From the NCBI GenBank assembly GCA_963721455.1, contig CAVRJG010000053.1, positions 32,001 to 96,000 on the forward strand: DNA of 64,000 bases. Reading direction: 5' to 3'. Source of the stretch: an uncultured Methanosarcinaceae archaeon. Its GTDB lineage: Archaea; Halobacteriota; Methanosarcinia; Methanosarcinales; Methanosarcinaceae. Shown here in pieces: positions 55,684 through 64,000 of the stretch (position 1 is its first letter; each line of letters opens with the position of its first letter). Made by a program: the position numbers and the translations under genes. The notes beneath the pieces were generated by a model that ran no database searches, had not been told where the DNA came from, and saw only the letters and a list, made by a program, of their open reading frames with translations.

Positions 55684-56307
55684 TTATTCCATGTGCATTT
55701 TTTGAACCTTCTTGAAGTACCTGTCGATTTCCTCCCAGTTGACTATATTCCAGAATGCGTCTATGAATTTGCCTCTTTCATTCTTGTAATCAATATAGTA
55801 AGCATGTTCCCACACATCGAGAGCCATGAGGATCGGATAATCCGGGATCACATTTACATTATGCTTTTCTATCTGCATGATCCCGAGCCTTTTGGTATCA
55901 TTACAGTAGGTTAATGCTGCCCATCCGGAGCCTTCCACACTTGATGCGACCTGGGTAAACTCTTTTTTAAACCTGTCAAAGTTTCCGAAGTCTTCTTTGA
56001 TCACGTCGGACAATTCACCTACAGGTTCTTTGCTTGCATTGCTTGCAGGAGTCATCTCCCACCAGAAATAGTCGTGAAGGACATGCCCGCCCAGATTAAA
56101 AGCTACAGCCTTTGCAGTTGCCTTATAATCAAAATCCGTTCCTTCTGCCCTTGCCTTGTCCATCATTTGCAAAAGCGAATTCACATTGGTCACATAAGCC
56201 TGATGGTGTTTGTCATGGTGTATCCGCAGCTGTTCTTCGGAAATATAAGGTGCCAGGTCTGCATAACCATATTTCAAAGCCGGTAATTTGTACATCTCTT
56301 TAGCCAT
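55684..56307 (-). CDS. sod: Fe/Mn superoxide dismutase
   Basis: [21 protein letters not shown]; GSGW; [13 protein letters not shown]. Confidence 0.97.
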   Translation of the reverse strand: MAKEMYKLPALKYGYADLAPYISEEQLRIHHDKHHQAYVTNVNSLLQMMDKARAEGTDFDYKATAKAVAFNLGGHVLHDYFWWEMTPASNASKEPVGELSDVIKEDFGNFDRFKKEFTQVASSVEGSGWAALTYCNDTKRLGIMQIEKHNVNVIPDYPILMALDVWEHAYYIDYKNERGKFIDAFWNIVNWEEIDRYFKKVQKMHME

Positions 56308-56981
56308 ATTGTCTTCCCCTGTTTGTAATCAATCGATTTCACAAAATTTGTTCAGGATTTGATCTTTATAGAACTTGATATGTACGTTCCAGTTAAAAAA
56401 ATTCCATTACAAATCCTGCTAACAAATTTTCCCCTTAACTATCTTAGCAGAAATCTGTCTCTCAATATATCTCAGTATATCTCGATATTATTCGATCTCA
56501 ATTATTCAGCTGTTTTATCTCTTCAAATACATATTAAATTGCCATATGGCAATTCCAAATGCAGAATATAATTATACGCCGCATATATTTAAAGGTAAAA
56601 GATACAAACGATGGGATATTTTTTGTAGAATATTTATCTGGAATTTATTTATTGGGAGCAGGGGCATATAACAAACCTGCCGGAAGCGTATTCAATTTGA
56701 CGTTGATTTTCGGTTTTCTCACCAAAAAACAAGGAATTTTGTGAAAAGGCAGAACTCAATTGAATTAATATAAAACAGCAAGAATATATCTAAATTGAAC
56801 GATATAATTAATACCAGTTCAAAAATGTATTGAAATTAATATGTACATTTATTCACCTCATTTTCGCAATTTCCGGGCGAAATATTATCGGATTCTGGAT
56901 TTGATTAACTCTTCTGGATCGAAACTGAAAATTAAATTTAATTGACAGCCGGTTATCAGAATCAAGAGTAAATAGGAGATG

Positions 56982-57422
56982 ATGAAAGTGACAGTGGAGG
57001 AAAACCTGCGGCTGATGATAACACTGGATGATGCATGGAATTCACAGGACTGGGATACGTTCAAGAAACGTCATGCTGAAGAGGTTGCTGTGTACTGGCC
57101 GGGTCAACCGGAGCCGACAAGAGGAAAAAAGGCGCACCATGAAGAAGCTGTACAATTTTTTAAGACTTTTCCGGACAACCATGTCGAGAACAAACCATAT
57201 AAGGTGCTTTTTGGCCAGGGCGACTGGACCTGTTCAGTAGCCACATTCACAGGTACCATGAAAGGGCCTATGATGGGGGCTGATGGAAAAGAAATCCAAC
57301 CAACAAACAAGAAATTTAAAGTGGAATTCTGTACAGTCGCTCACTGGAAAGATGGTGAAATCATCGAAGAGAAACTTTTCTATGACCTTGTGGGACTGAT
57401 GAAGCAGATTGGGCTGATGTGA
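56982..57422 (+). CDS. SnoaL-like ester cyclase (NTF2-like fold)
   Basis: F.TFPD..QGDW...FTGTM.GP...IQPTNK.F..DG.I.EE...YD...MKQIG. Confidence 0.85.
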   Translation: MKVTVEENLRLMITLDDAWNSQDWDTFKKRHAEEVAVYWPGQPEPTRGKKAHHEEAVQFFKTFPDNHVENKPYKVLFGQGDWTCSVATFTGTMKGPMMGADGKEIQPTNKKFKVEFCTVAHWKDGEIIEEKLFYDLVGLMKQIGLM

Positions 57423-57627
57423 GAAAATAAATAATAAATAAATCAATAAATAAATAAATAATAAATAAATACATCAATAAATAATCAATTATTCAAATCT
57501 ACTCCGAGCTTTTGATATCTTCTTCATTTTTGATATCTTCTTCATTTTTGATTTCTCCTGTTTTTGGCAGGTCCTTTCAATTAAAGATATATACATTGTT
57601 CTCTCCCTTAATTAAGGGATAAAGCAA

Positions 57628-58680
57628 ATGGTAAACACACTCTCCCACCTGGGAATCGGCCTTTTGATTGCCCTTGCTCTCGGTTTCAAAGGAAAAAAGC
57701 GAAATATTCTGGCATTCCTAGCAATCCTTCCTGACCTGGACTTCATCCCGTACATCCTGTTTGTCCTCGTCAGCGGCAGCGTGAGCCATGAAACCAGAAA
57801 CCAGCTTTTTTACCTGCTTGGCCACAGGGAGTTCATGCACTCCATCCTTTTCATCCTGCTCGTCACGCTTTTTATCTGGCTTAAAACTAAAGACCGCCTG
57901 TTCGCAGCCGCCGGGTTTGCAGCCATTTTCTCCCACGTCTACCTTGATTATGCGACAAGCTGGAAAATGCGCCCACTCTACCCTTTCAGTACAGATGCAT
58001 CCATTATGGGAGCTGTTTACTTTTTCGACCCGCTGGCAAATATTCTTCCCCTGCTGCCCCTCTTTATCGTACTTGTGGCGTACATGAAAAGCCGGGAAAA
58101 ATGGAACGGAAAATTCAACAACTTCTGCGCTTTTGTCACTCAAAACCGGAGCAGATTCTATCCCGCCCTTTTAATTGTGCTCGTGGTCTGGCTTGCAGTT
58201 CTGCCGGTGGCAAAATTATTTCTGGTGAATTATATTTCCGGCGCGGAAGGAGCAAAAATCAGCTATCAGGACACCTACCCCTCCTCTCCCGGAAAGTTTC
58301 TTGCCGCATATCCGTACAACTCCACCCATTACAAGATTATGGAAGTGAGCTACTGGTCAGGGATCGAAAAAAGCGATTATATCAAAAAAGTTAACGTAAC
58401 CGGCAATGTCCCCGATGCCTCCGCCTATGCCGAAAGAGCCGGAAAACTCTACAGCACGGCTGTTCCTCAGGACATCGATTATCCTGCTTACAACGTTTCG
58501 GAAGAAAACGGCTCGGTAACAGTCGTGCTGAGCGATGCAAGAGATCCTTATGTCGAATTCTGGGCTTATTTCAAAACAGTTTACAGGTTCGTTTTTGATA
58601 CGGAGAGCGGGGAGTATGTAGCATATGCAAGCATGCAGGGGGAAAAGGAGAAAAGATTGGAGGAGAACTGGTTTGGATAA
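57628..58680 (+). CDS. membrane-bound metal-dependent hydrolase (YdjM/DUF457-like), paralog 2
   Basis: Same motifs as, and colinear with, 54249-55304. Confidence 0.85.
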   Translation: MVNTLSHLGIGLLIALALGFKGKKRNILAFLAILPDLDFIPYILFVLVSGSVSHETRNQLFYLLGHREFMHSILFILLVTLFIWLKTKDRLFAAAGFAAIFSHVYLDYATSWKMRPLYPFSTDASIMGAVYFFDPLANILPLLPLFIVLVAYMKSREKWNGKFNNFCAFVTQNRSRFYPALLIVLVVWLAVLPVAKLFLVNYISGAEGAKISYQDTYPSSPGKFLAAYPYNSTHYKIMEVSYWSGIEKSDYIKKVNVTGNVPDASAYAERAGKLYSTAVPQDIDYPAYNVSEENGSVTVVLSDARDPYVEFWAYFKTVYRFVFDTESGEYVAYASMQGEKEKRLEENWFG

Positions 58681-58702
58681 ATTTTCATCTCAAAATCATT
58701 TT

Positions 58703-61394
58703 TTACTTTTTCAAATCTTTCAATGCCTCAAGATTTCTCTCACAAAAATTAATTATCCTCGGATATTCTATTTCCTTTCCAATAGATAACGCCTGCTCAT
58801 AATACTCAATCGCTTTTTTGGATTCGCCAAGATCACCGTATGCTTTCCCTAAATTTTTAAGGCAATTTCCTTCTCCGCGCCTGTCCCCTATTTCTTGAGC
58901 AATTTTCAGTGCCTGTTCAAAATATTCAATTGCTTTCTTGGCTTCGCTCAGATGACTGTATGCGTTCCCCAGATTTCCAAGCCAATTTCCTTCTCCGCGC
59001 CTGTCCCCAATTTCTTGAGCAATTTTCAGTGCCTGTTCATAATATTCAATTGCTTTTCTTGGCTTCGCCCAGATGACTGTATGCTTCTCCAAGATTCCCA
59101 AGCTATGTCCTTCTCCGAGCCTGTCCCCGATTTCTTGAGCAATTTTCAGTGCCTGTTCATAATATTCAATTGCTTTCTTGGCTTCGCCCAGATGACTGTA
59201 TGCGCTCCCAGATTTCCAAGCCTATTTCCTTCTCCGAGCCTGTCCCCTATTTCTTGGGCAATTTTCAGTGCCTGCTCATAATATTCAATTGCTTTTCTCG
59301 GCTCGCTCAGATGAAAGTATGCGTTCCCCAGATTCCCAAGGTGATGTTCCTTCTGTGAGCCTGTCCCCTATTTCTTGAGCAATTTTCAGTGCCTGTTCGA
59401 AATATTCAATTGCTTTTTCGGGTTCGCTCAGATGAAAGTATGCGTTCCCCATATTTCCAAGCCAAGTTCCTTCTCTGTGCCTGTCCCCGATTTCTTCAGC
59501 AATTTTCAGTGCCTGTTCAAAATATTCAATTGCTTTTCTCAGCTTCGCTCAGATGAAAGTATGTGTCCCCTATATTTCCAAGCCAAGTTCCTTCTCTGCG
59601 TCTGTCCCCTATTTCTTGTAGCAATTTCCAGTGCCTGTTCATAATATTCAATTGCTTTTCTGGGTTCGCCCAGATGAATGTATGCGTTCCCCATATTTCC
59701 AAGGCTAGAGTTCTCCTTCTCTGCAGCCGGTCCCCTATTTCTTGAGCAATTTTCAGTGCCTGTTCAAATATTCAATTGCTTTTCTCTGGTTCGCCTCAGA
59801 TTGAACGGTATGATTCCCCTATATTTCCAAGCCAAGTCCCTTCTCTGCATCTGTCCCCTATTTCTTGTACCAATTTTCAGTGCTTGTTCATAATATTCAA
59901 TTGCTTTTCTGGGTTCGCCCAGATTAAAGTATGCGTTCCCCAGGTTTCCAATAATAAAACCATTATTCTCAACATCTTTCAAAATAATTTTAGTCGAAAA
60001 ATGGTCTTTGGGTAATATTTTTACATAGAGGTCAATAAGTGCTGTATAATTGCCCCAAAGATCAAGGCGTTCATCCAGATTGTTGGCAAATATGATATTA
60101 AAAGCCTCGTCATATTCTTTGGCCATGCAGGCATGGTGATGGGCTTCTATTAAAGACTGAACGTCTTCTTTTTTTGTAGGTTTGGCTGGCAGGGGAAAGG
60201 AAAGGTAGTATTTGCAGGCAAGTTTGTGGCGCTCGGATTCTTCAGATAATCGGGTTGCGGCATACTTGCTTATTAACGATTCTTCCCAGTAATTTTCACC
60301 GTTTTTTTGTAAAAGAGATTTACGAATTAATTTCAATGCAATTTTATTTACCCTCGATTCAGTCCATTTTGGATCATTAGCTATTTTTGTGATTGCTCTT
60401 GCAGGCACTGGCTGCCTGAAAACGGATACATATTGAAGAAGCTTACATTCATCATCGGAGAGCCTGTCGTTGTAGACTTTACCAAGAATATTTTCTGCTA
60501 CTTCCCCTTCTTCTCCAATCCAGATTGAATCATCGTTTAGGAGAGCTGAAAGAGTATCTTCTCCAGACCTTACAAGTTGAGCTAGAAGGAGGAGGGCAAG
60601 AGGATGACCACCAGACTTATCTACAGCTCTTTTTAAGCATTCACCCGAGTCATTTAAACCCTCTCTCCTTAATAACAGAATTCCAGATGATGTGTCAAGT
60701 CCCTTAATTTGGTAAAAAAATGGTCTGATTCCTCTCTCACTTGAGATAGATTCCCAGCTGGTAAACAGAATTTTACTTCTGATACTGTTTTCATTTGCTT
60801 TTTCTATTAGTTCAGAAAAGCCGATTTTTGACTCTAAAGGTTTGTTTGTTTTAGGATTAAGGAGAATTTCAAAATTATCGAGAACTAAAAGATATGGAAA
60901 TTTGTTTAATTCGTGAAACATAAGGTTTATTTGATCTGCAATTTTGTAGCTTTCGAGGTCTTTAATCGGTTTGCCAATAACAGTAAAAAAACTATCTATA
61001 ATTTCACTAATATCCGTTGCTTCTTCAACTTTACGCCAGTATATTCCAGTAAATTTTCCAATTTCTTATACTTCTGTCAACGTACATACTTGCCAGAGTA
61101 GATTTGCCTTTTCCGCAAAAACCAGTGATGACAAGAGCGCTCCTGTTTTTTAAATAAGTTTTCTATGTATTCAAGCTCTTCTTCTCTTCCAAATATTCTA
61201 TTAGGATCGGTAGCAGGTTTGGCACCCTGTGTATAAATCCATGAATGTTCATTTTTAGTTGAGCCTTCAGGTGATATCATGACAGTTTTAATCTGTGTTA
61301 TGTTTTCACCGATAGCGCTTTGACCGGAGATATTTCCCTGTGTAAAATTTCCACGCACGGTTATTATTGGAACAGAAGGATCATCTGCTTTCAT
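58703..61394 (-). pseudogene. STAND/NB-ARC ATPase with TPR repeats (NLR-like), interrupted by several frameshifts (real decay or assembly errors)
   Basis: IFGREEEL; after a frameshift at ~61150, Walker A ALVITGFCGKGKSTLA; second shift at ~61065; Walker B LLVLDNFE; GGHPLAL; then ~10 TPRs (KAIEY.EQALKIAQEIGDRRGEG..LGNLG). Confidence 0.85.
58770..59950 (-). repeat. array of ~120-bp (40-aa TPR) repeats, about 10 copies
   Basis: AATA(T/C)TCAAT(T/C)GC anchor recurs near 58801, 58922, 59041, 59161, 59280, 59402, 59522, 59643, 59768 and 59893. Confidence 0.9.
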
Positions 61395-61438
61395 GTGAAA
61401 AAACCTCTAATCAAGCGAATCTTCTAATAAAGCCGTAA

Positions 61439-61849
61439 TCAGAGCGCTATACCGAGTAAACCAGCTACTATCTTGACCGAACCACATATTTCGGATATGT
61501 TTTTCACGGTTTTTCCGGCATCTTTAAGAGTTTCAATAACACTTTCGACTCTTGTCTTGATCTTTTGCAATTTTGGCTCTTCTTTTCCGGTTTCTATGAG
61601 GGCGGCATTTACATCGCCTTTGATGGTCTCTTTATCTTCGGAAGAAAGATCTATTTTGACTAGTTCTTCCTGAAAATCAAGGAGGCTTTTCTTGAGTTTT
61701 TCAATGTCAACAGTGGATGAAGATTGGATTTGGGATATATTTTTTCCAATTGCAAACTGCCCGCTGACATCACCTATGTGTACATCTCCACCGGCATTTA
61801 TTCCGTAGCCTTTATCCTCCATGTTCTTAGAATCATTTTCTTCGGACAT
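61439..61849 (-). CDS. small protein with an N-terminal G/N/Q/I-rich motif and a helical C-terminal domain; putative partner of the NLR-like ATPase
   Basis: 136 aa, GAGG SD; motif INAGGDVHIGDVSGQFAIGKNISQIQ matches the N-terminus of the downstream ATPase; 44-bp gap, same strand. Confidence 0.8.
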   Translation of the reverse strand: MSEENDSKNMEDKGYGINAGGDVHIGDVSGQFAIGKNISQIQSSSTVDIEKLKKSLLDFQEELVKIDLSSEDKETIKGDVNAALIETGKEEPKLQKIKTRVESVIETLKDAGKTVKNISEICGSVKIVAGLLGIAL

Positions 61850-62229
61850 TCAAAACCTCTCTCAAATTTGAATTATGTCTGCCATCACAAGTTGTGATAT
61901 TTTTTATGGACCATTATATTAAATAGTGTAGAAATAAGAACGTCCTTGATATAGAGATTTCGAATTAGTTTCAAAGTAGACGTAATAGTACCTGACCCTC
62001 GATTTTTATCGTAGTTTCATAATTATAATCTCCAAAAAACTCAGAATCATTTCGGAAATTACGGACTCTCCGCCTGCTTCGCAGGCGTATGGTTGCCCTG
62101 TTTTCAAAAAGTATCAAACAATTAAAAACTGGCTCCGTACTCCAAAATTTTAGAAAACTATACCTACCGGTACTCGATCTTTCAAAAATCTATTCAAAAA
62201 AGCGACCCCGAAAAATAAGTTTACCGCCC

Positions 62230-62745
62230 GGCTCCCCTCCGGACTGAAAGCCCGCCGCCGGAAATTAATCTCCAGAAACGCTTATTCAGGCAATTGATAC
62301 GAAAGAAATATCGTCTCATTTGATATAGCCACCTGGTAAATCTTAACAGATTTTTATTTGCTAAAATATATTCTATTTGTTGTATACTATTTAAAATCAT
62401 GTCAAAAGATTATGATTACGGATAATATATTCTATGTGGTTTATATACTCTGGAATGGTATAACTTATATACTCATTGGCTTTTGAGATTTGAAAATATT
62501 CGTCTCAAAATGAAAATGAGGGCACTCAAACAGGAAAACCGGGTCGTAGGGGTAGATTAACTGGAAATCGTGAGCATAAAAATTGCTCTTAAATTTTACA
62601 AAATAAGGTAGACGTGCCAGTTTTGTGAGATTTGATCAATGACTCATCCCCAAAAATCGGCTCTTAAAATGAATTGCTTCCAGGTTCCCCTCCGGACCGG
62701 AAGCCCGCCGCCTGAAGCTGACTCCTAAAAAAATTTATTCCGGCG
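62230..62745. repeat. imperfect ~60-bp direct repeat (62230-62291 and 62683-62745)
   Basis: G(C/T)TCCCCTCCGGAC..(A/G)AAGCCCGCCGCC.GAA..ACTCC/TCTCC..TTATTC.GGC in both copies. Confidence 0.7.
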
Positions 62746-62792
62746 GCGGTGTTTGAGTGAAGGATTCTTTTTTCTTCACCCGTGTCTGTTAT

Positions 62793-64000
62793 TCAGTTTT
62801 CTGCTTCTTCTGCTTCTTCTGTTTCTTCTGCTTCTTCTGTTTCTTCTGCTTCTTCTGCTTCGCCCGTATCTTCAAATTCTTCAAGCTCTTCTACTTCTTT
62901 GGCTTCGTCCTCTGAGATCTCCAGTTCTTCTGATTTTTCTGCTTCTCTGGCTTTAAGGGCGGTCAGTTTCAGCTGCTCTTCGACTGTTCCGCTTTTGATC
63001 CTGGCAACGCCTACAACCTTGTCGCCGGGTTTGATGTTCATCACTCTTACGCCCTGGGTGTTTCTGCCCTGGACTGAGATGTCTTTTGCCGGGAGGCGGA
63101 TGATGATGCCTTCGGAGCTGGTAATCATCAGCTCGTCATCTTCGGCTACGGATTTGACGTTGGAAACAAAGCCGTTCCTGATATTGGTGATAATAGTTAT
63201 CACGCCTCTTCCGCCGCGGCGGTGAGGTGGGTACTGGCCGTATTTGGTACGCTTACCAAAGCCGTTTACCGTCACCGTCAGGAGGGTTGTGGTCTCGTCA
63301 ACAAGATCCACGCTGACAACCTCGTCTTCAGGGCCGTCAAGGGTCATGCCGCGGACTCCTCTTGCAGTTCTGCCCATCGGGCGGACGTTTCCTTCGGAAA
63401 AGCGGATAGCTTTGCCTTTCTTTGAAACCATCAGCACTTCCTTCTTGCCGTCGGTCAGGAGGACTTTTACCAGCTCGTCGCCTTCGTCAAGACTGACTGC
63501 AATTATGCCTGCTTTCCTGGGGTTCCTGAACTCGGAGAGAGGGGTCTTCTTAATCGTGCCTGCCCTTGTTGCCATAAGCAGGTAGCGGTCTTCGGCAAAC
63601 TTCTTTACAGGGATCATTGCATTGACCATTTCGCCTTCCTGAAGCTCCAGGAGGTTTACTATGGCTTTCCCTCTGGACTGGCGGGAGCCTTCAGGGACTT
63701 CATAGACCTTCTGCCAGTAGAGCCTGCCAAGGTTCGTGAAGAAAAGGATATAGTTGTGGGTTGAAGAAATGAACAGGTTCTCCACAAAATCTTCTTCCTT
63801 CATCTCCATGCCGATTATGCCCCTGCCTCCACGCCGCTGCATAGTGTAAGTGTCAAGCGGGAGGCGCTTTATGTAGCCTCCGTTTGTAATCGTGACAATA
63901 ACATCTTCTTCAGGAATCAGGTCTTCGTCCGTAACCTCGGCAGCATCATGCACGATTTTTGTCCTGCGGGCGTCTCCGTACTTTTCCTTGAGCTCCAGAA
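62793..64000 (-). CDS. gyrA: DNA gyrase subunit A, 3' part (runs off the window end)
   Basis: YGDARRT; GyrA-box QRRGGRG; beta-pinwheel repeats; acidic EEAEET tail. Confidence 0.96.
   Translation of the reverse strand, partial: LELKEKYGDARRTKIVHDAAEVTDEDLIPEEDVIVTITNGGYIKRLPLDTYTMQRRGGRGIIGMEMKEEDFVENLFISSTHNYILFFTNLGRLYWQKVYEVPEGSRQSRGKAIVNLLELQEGEMVNAMIPVKKFAEDRYLLMATRAGTIKKTPLSEFRNPRKAGIIAVSLDEGDELVKVLLTDGKKEVLMVSKKGKAIRFSEGNVRPMGRTARGVRGMTLDGPEDEVVSVDLVDETTTLLTVTVNGFGKRTKYGQYPPHRRGGRGVITIITNIRNGFVSNVKSVAEDDELMITSSEGIIIRLPAKDISVQGRNTQGVRVMNIKPGDKVVGVARIKSGTVEEQLKLTALKAREAEKSEELEISEDEAKEVEELEEFEDTGEAEEAEETEEAEETEEAEEAEN

Noticed and set aside
55440-57555. AT-rich degenerate repeats (55440-55560, 57425-57490) and a 19-bp duplication (57511-57552)
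   Set aside because: These are low-complexity slippage products in terminator regions with no further structure.
58770-59950. Regular 120-bp repeats as a CRISPR array or DGR template
   Set aside because: They translate as TPR motifs on the minus strand. No reverse transcriptase is present and no adenine-specific variation is evident.
62793-64000. Bacterial-type gyrase in an archaeon, with a repetitive acidic tail
   Set aside because: Gyrase is established in Methanosarcinales and acidic GyrA tails are common. The EEAEET repeats look like simple slippage.

Overview
This 64-kb window is from a Methanosarcina-like methanogenic archaeon, judged from the fpo operon, cof genes, archaeal ribosomal cluster and bacterial-type gyrA. 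The core content is a TlyA-like methyltransferase, thermosome, rpiA, aspS, a lipid-reductase/F420 cluster (ferredoxin-GGR, cofC, two cofH, cofG, ferredoxin plus phytoene-desaturase-like reductase), the full fpoABCDHIJ1J2KLMNO operon, rpl7ae-rps28e-rpl24e-ndk-infB-rps6e, pdxST, sod and the 3' part of gyrA. Accessory material includes a bacterial-looking SRPBCC pair, an intact and a decayed MNT-HEPN toxin-antitoxin pair, surface-protein genes and relics, MITE and IS200/IS605-end relics, and a small island upstream of fpoA with 21-bp tandem repeats and tiny ORFs. The best candidate for a novel system is at 58.7-61.85 kb. A STAND/NB-ARC-TPR (NLR-like) gene and the small gene directly upstream share a 26-aa G/N/Q/I-rich N-terminal motif that is conserved at protein but not codon level. 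This resembles amyloid (RHIM/BASS-like) signalling pairs. Several homopolymer frameshifts, including one in fpoN, suggest assembly indel errors, so pseudogene calls are tentative. All family assignments are from motif recognition only; no searches were run.
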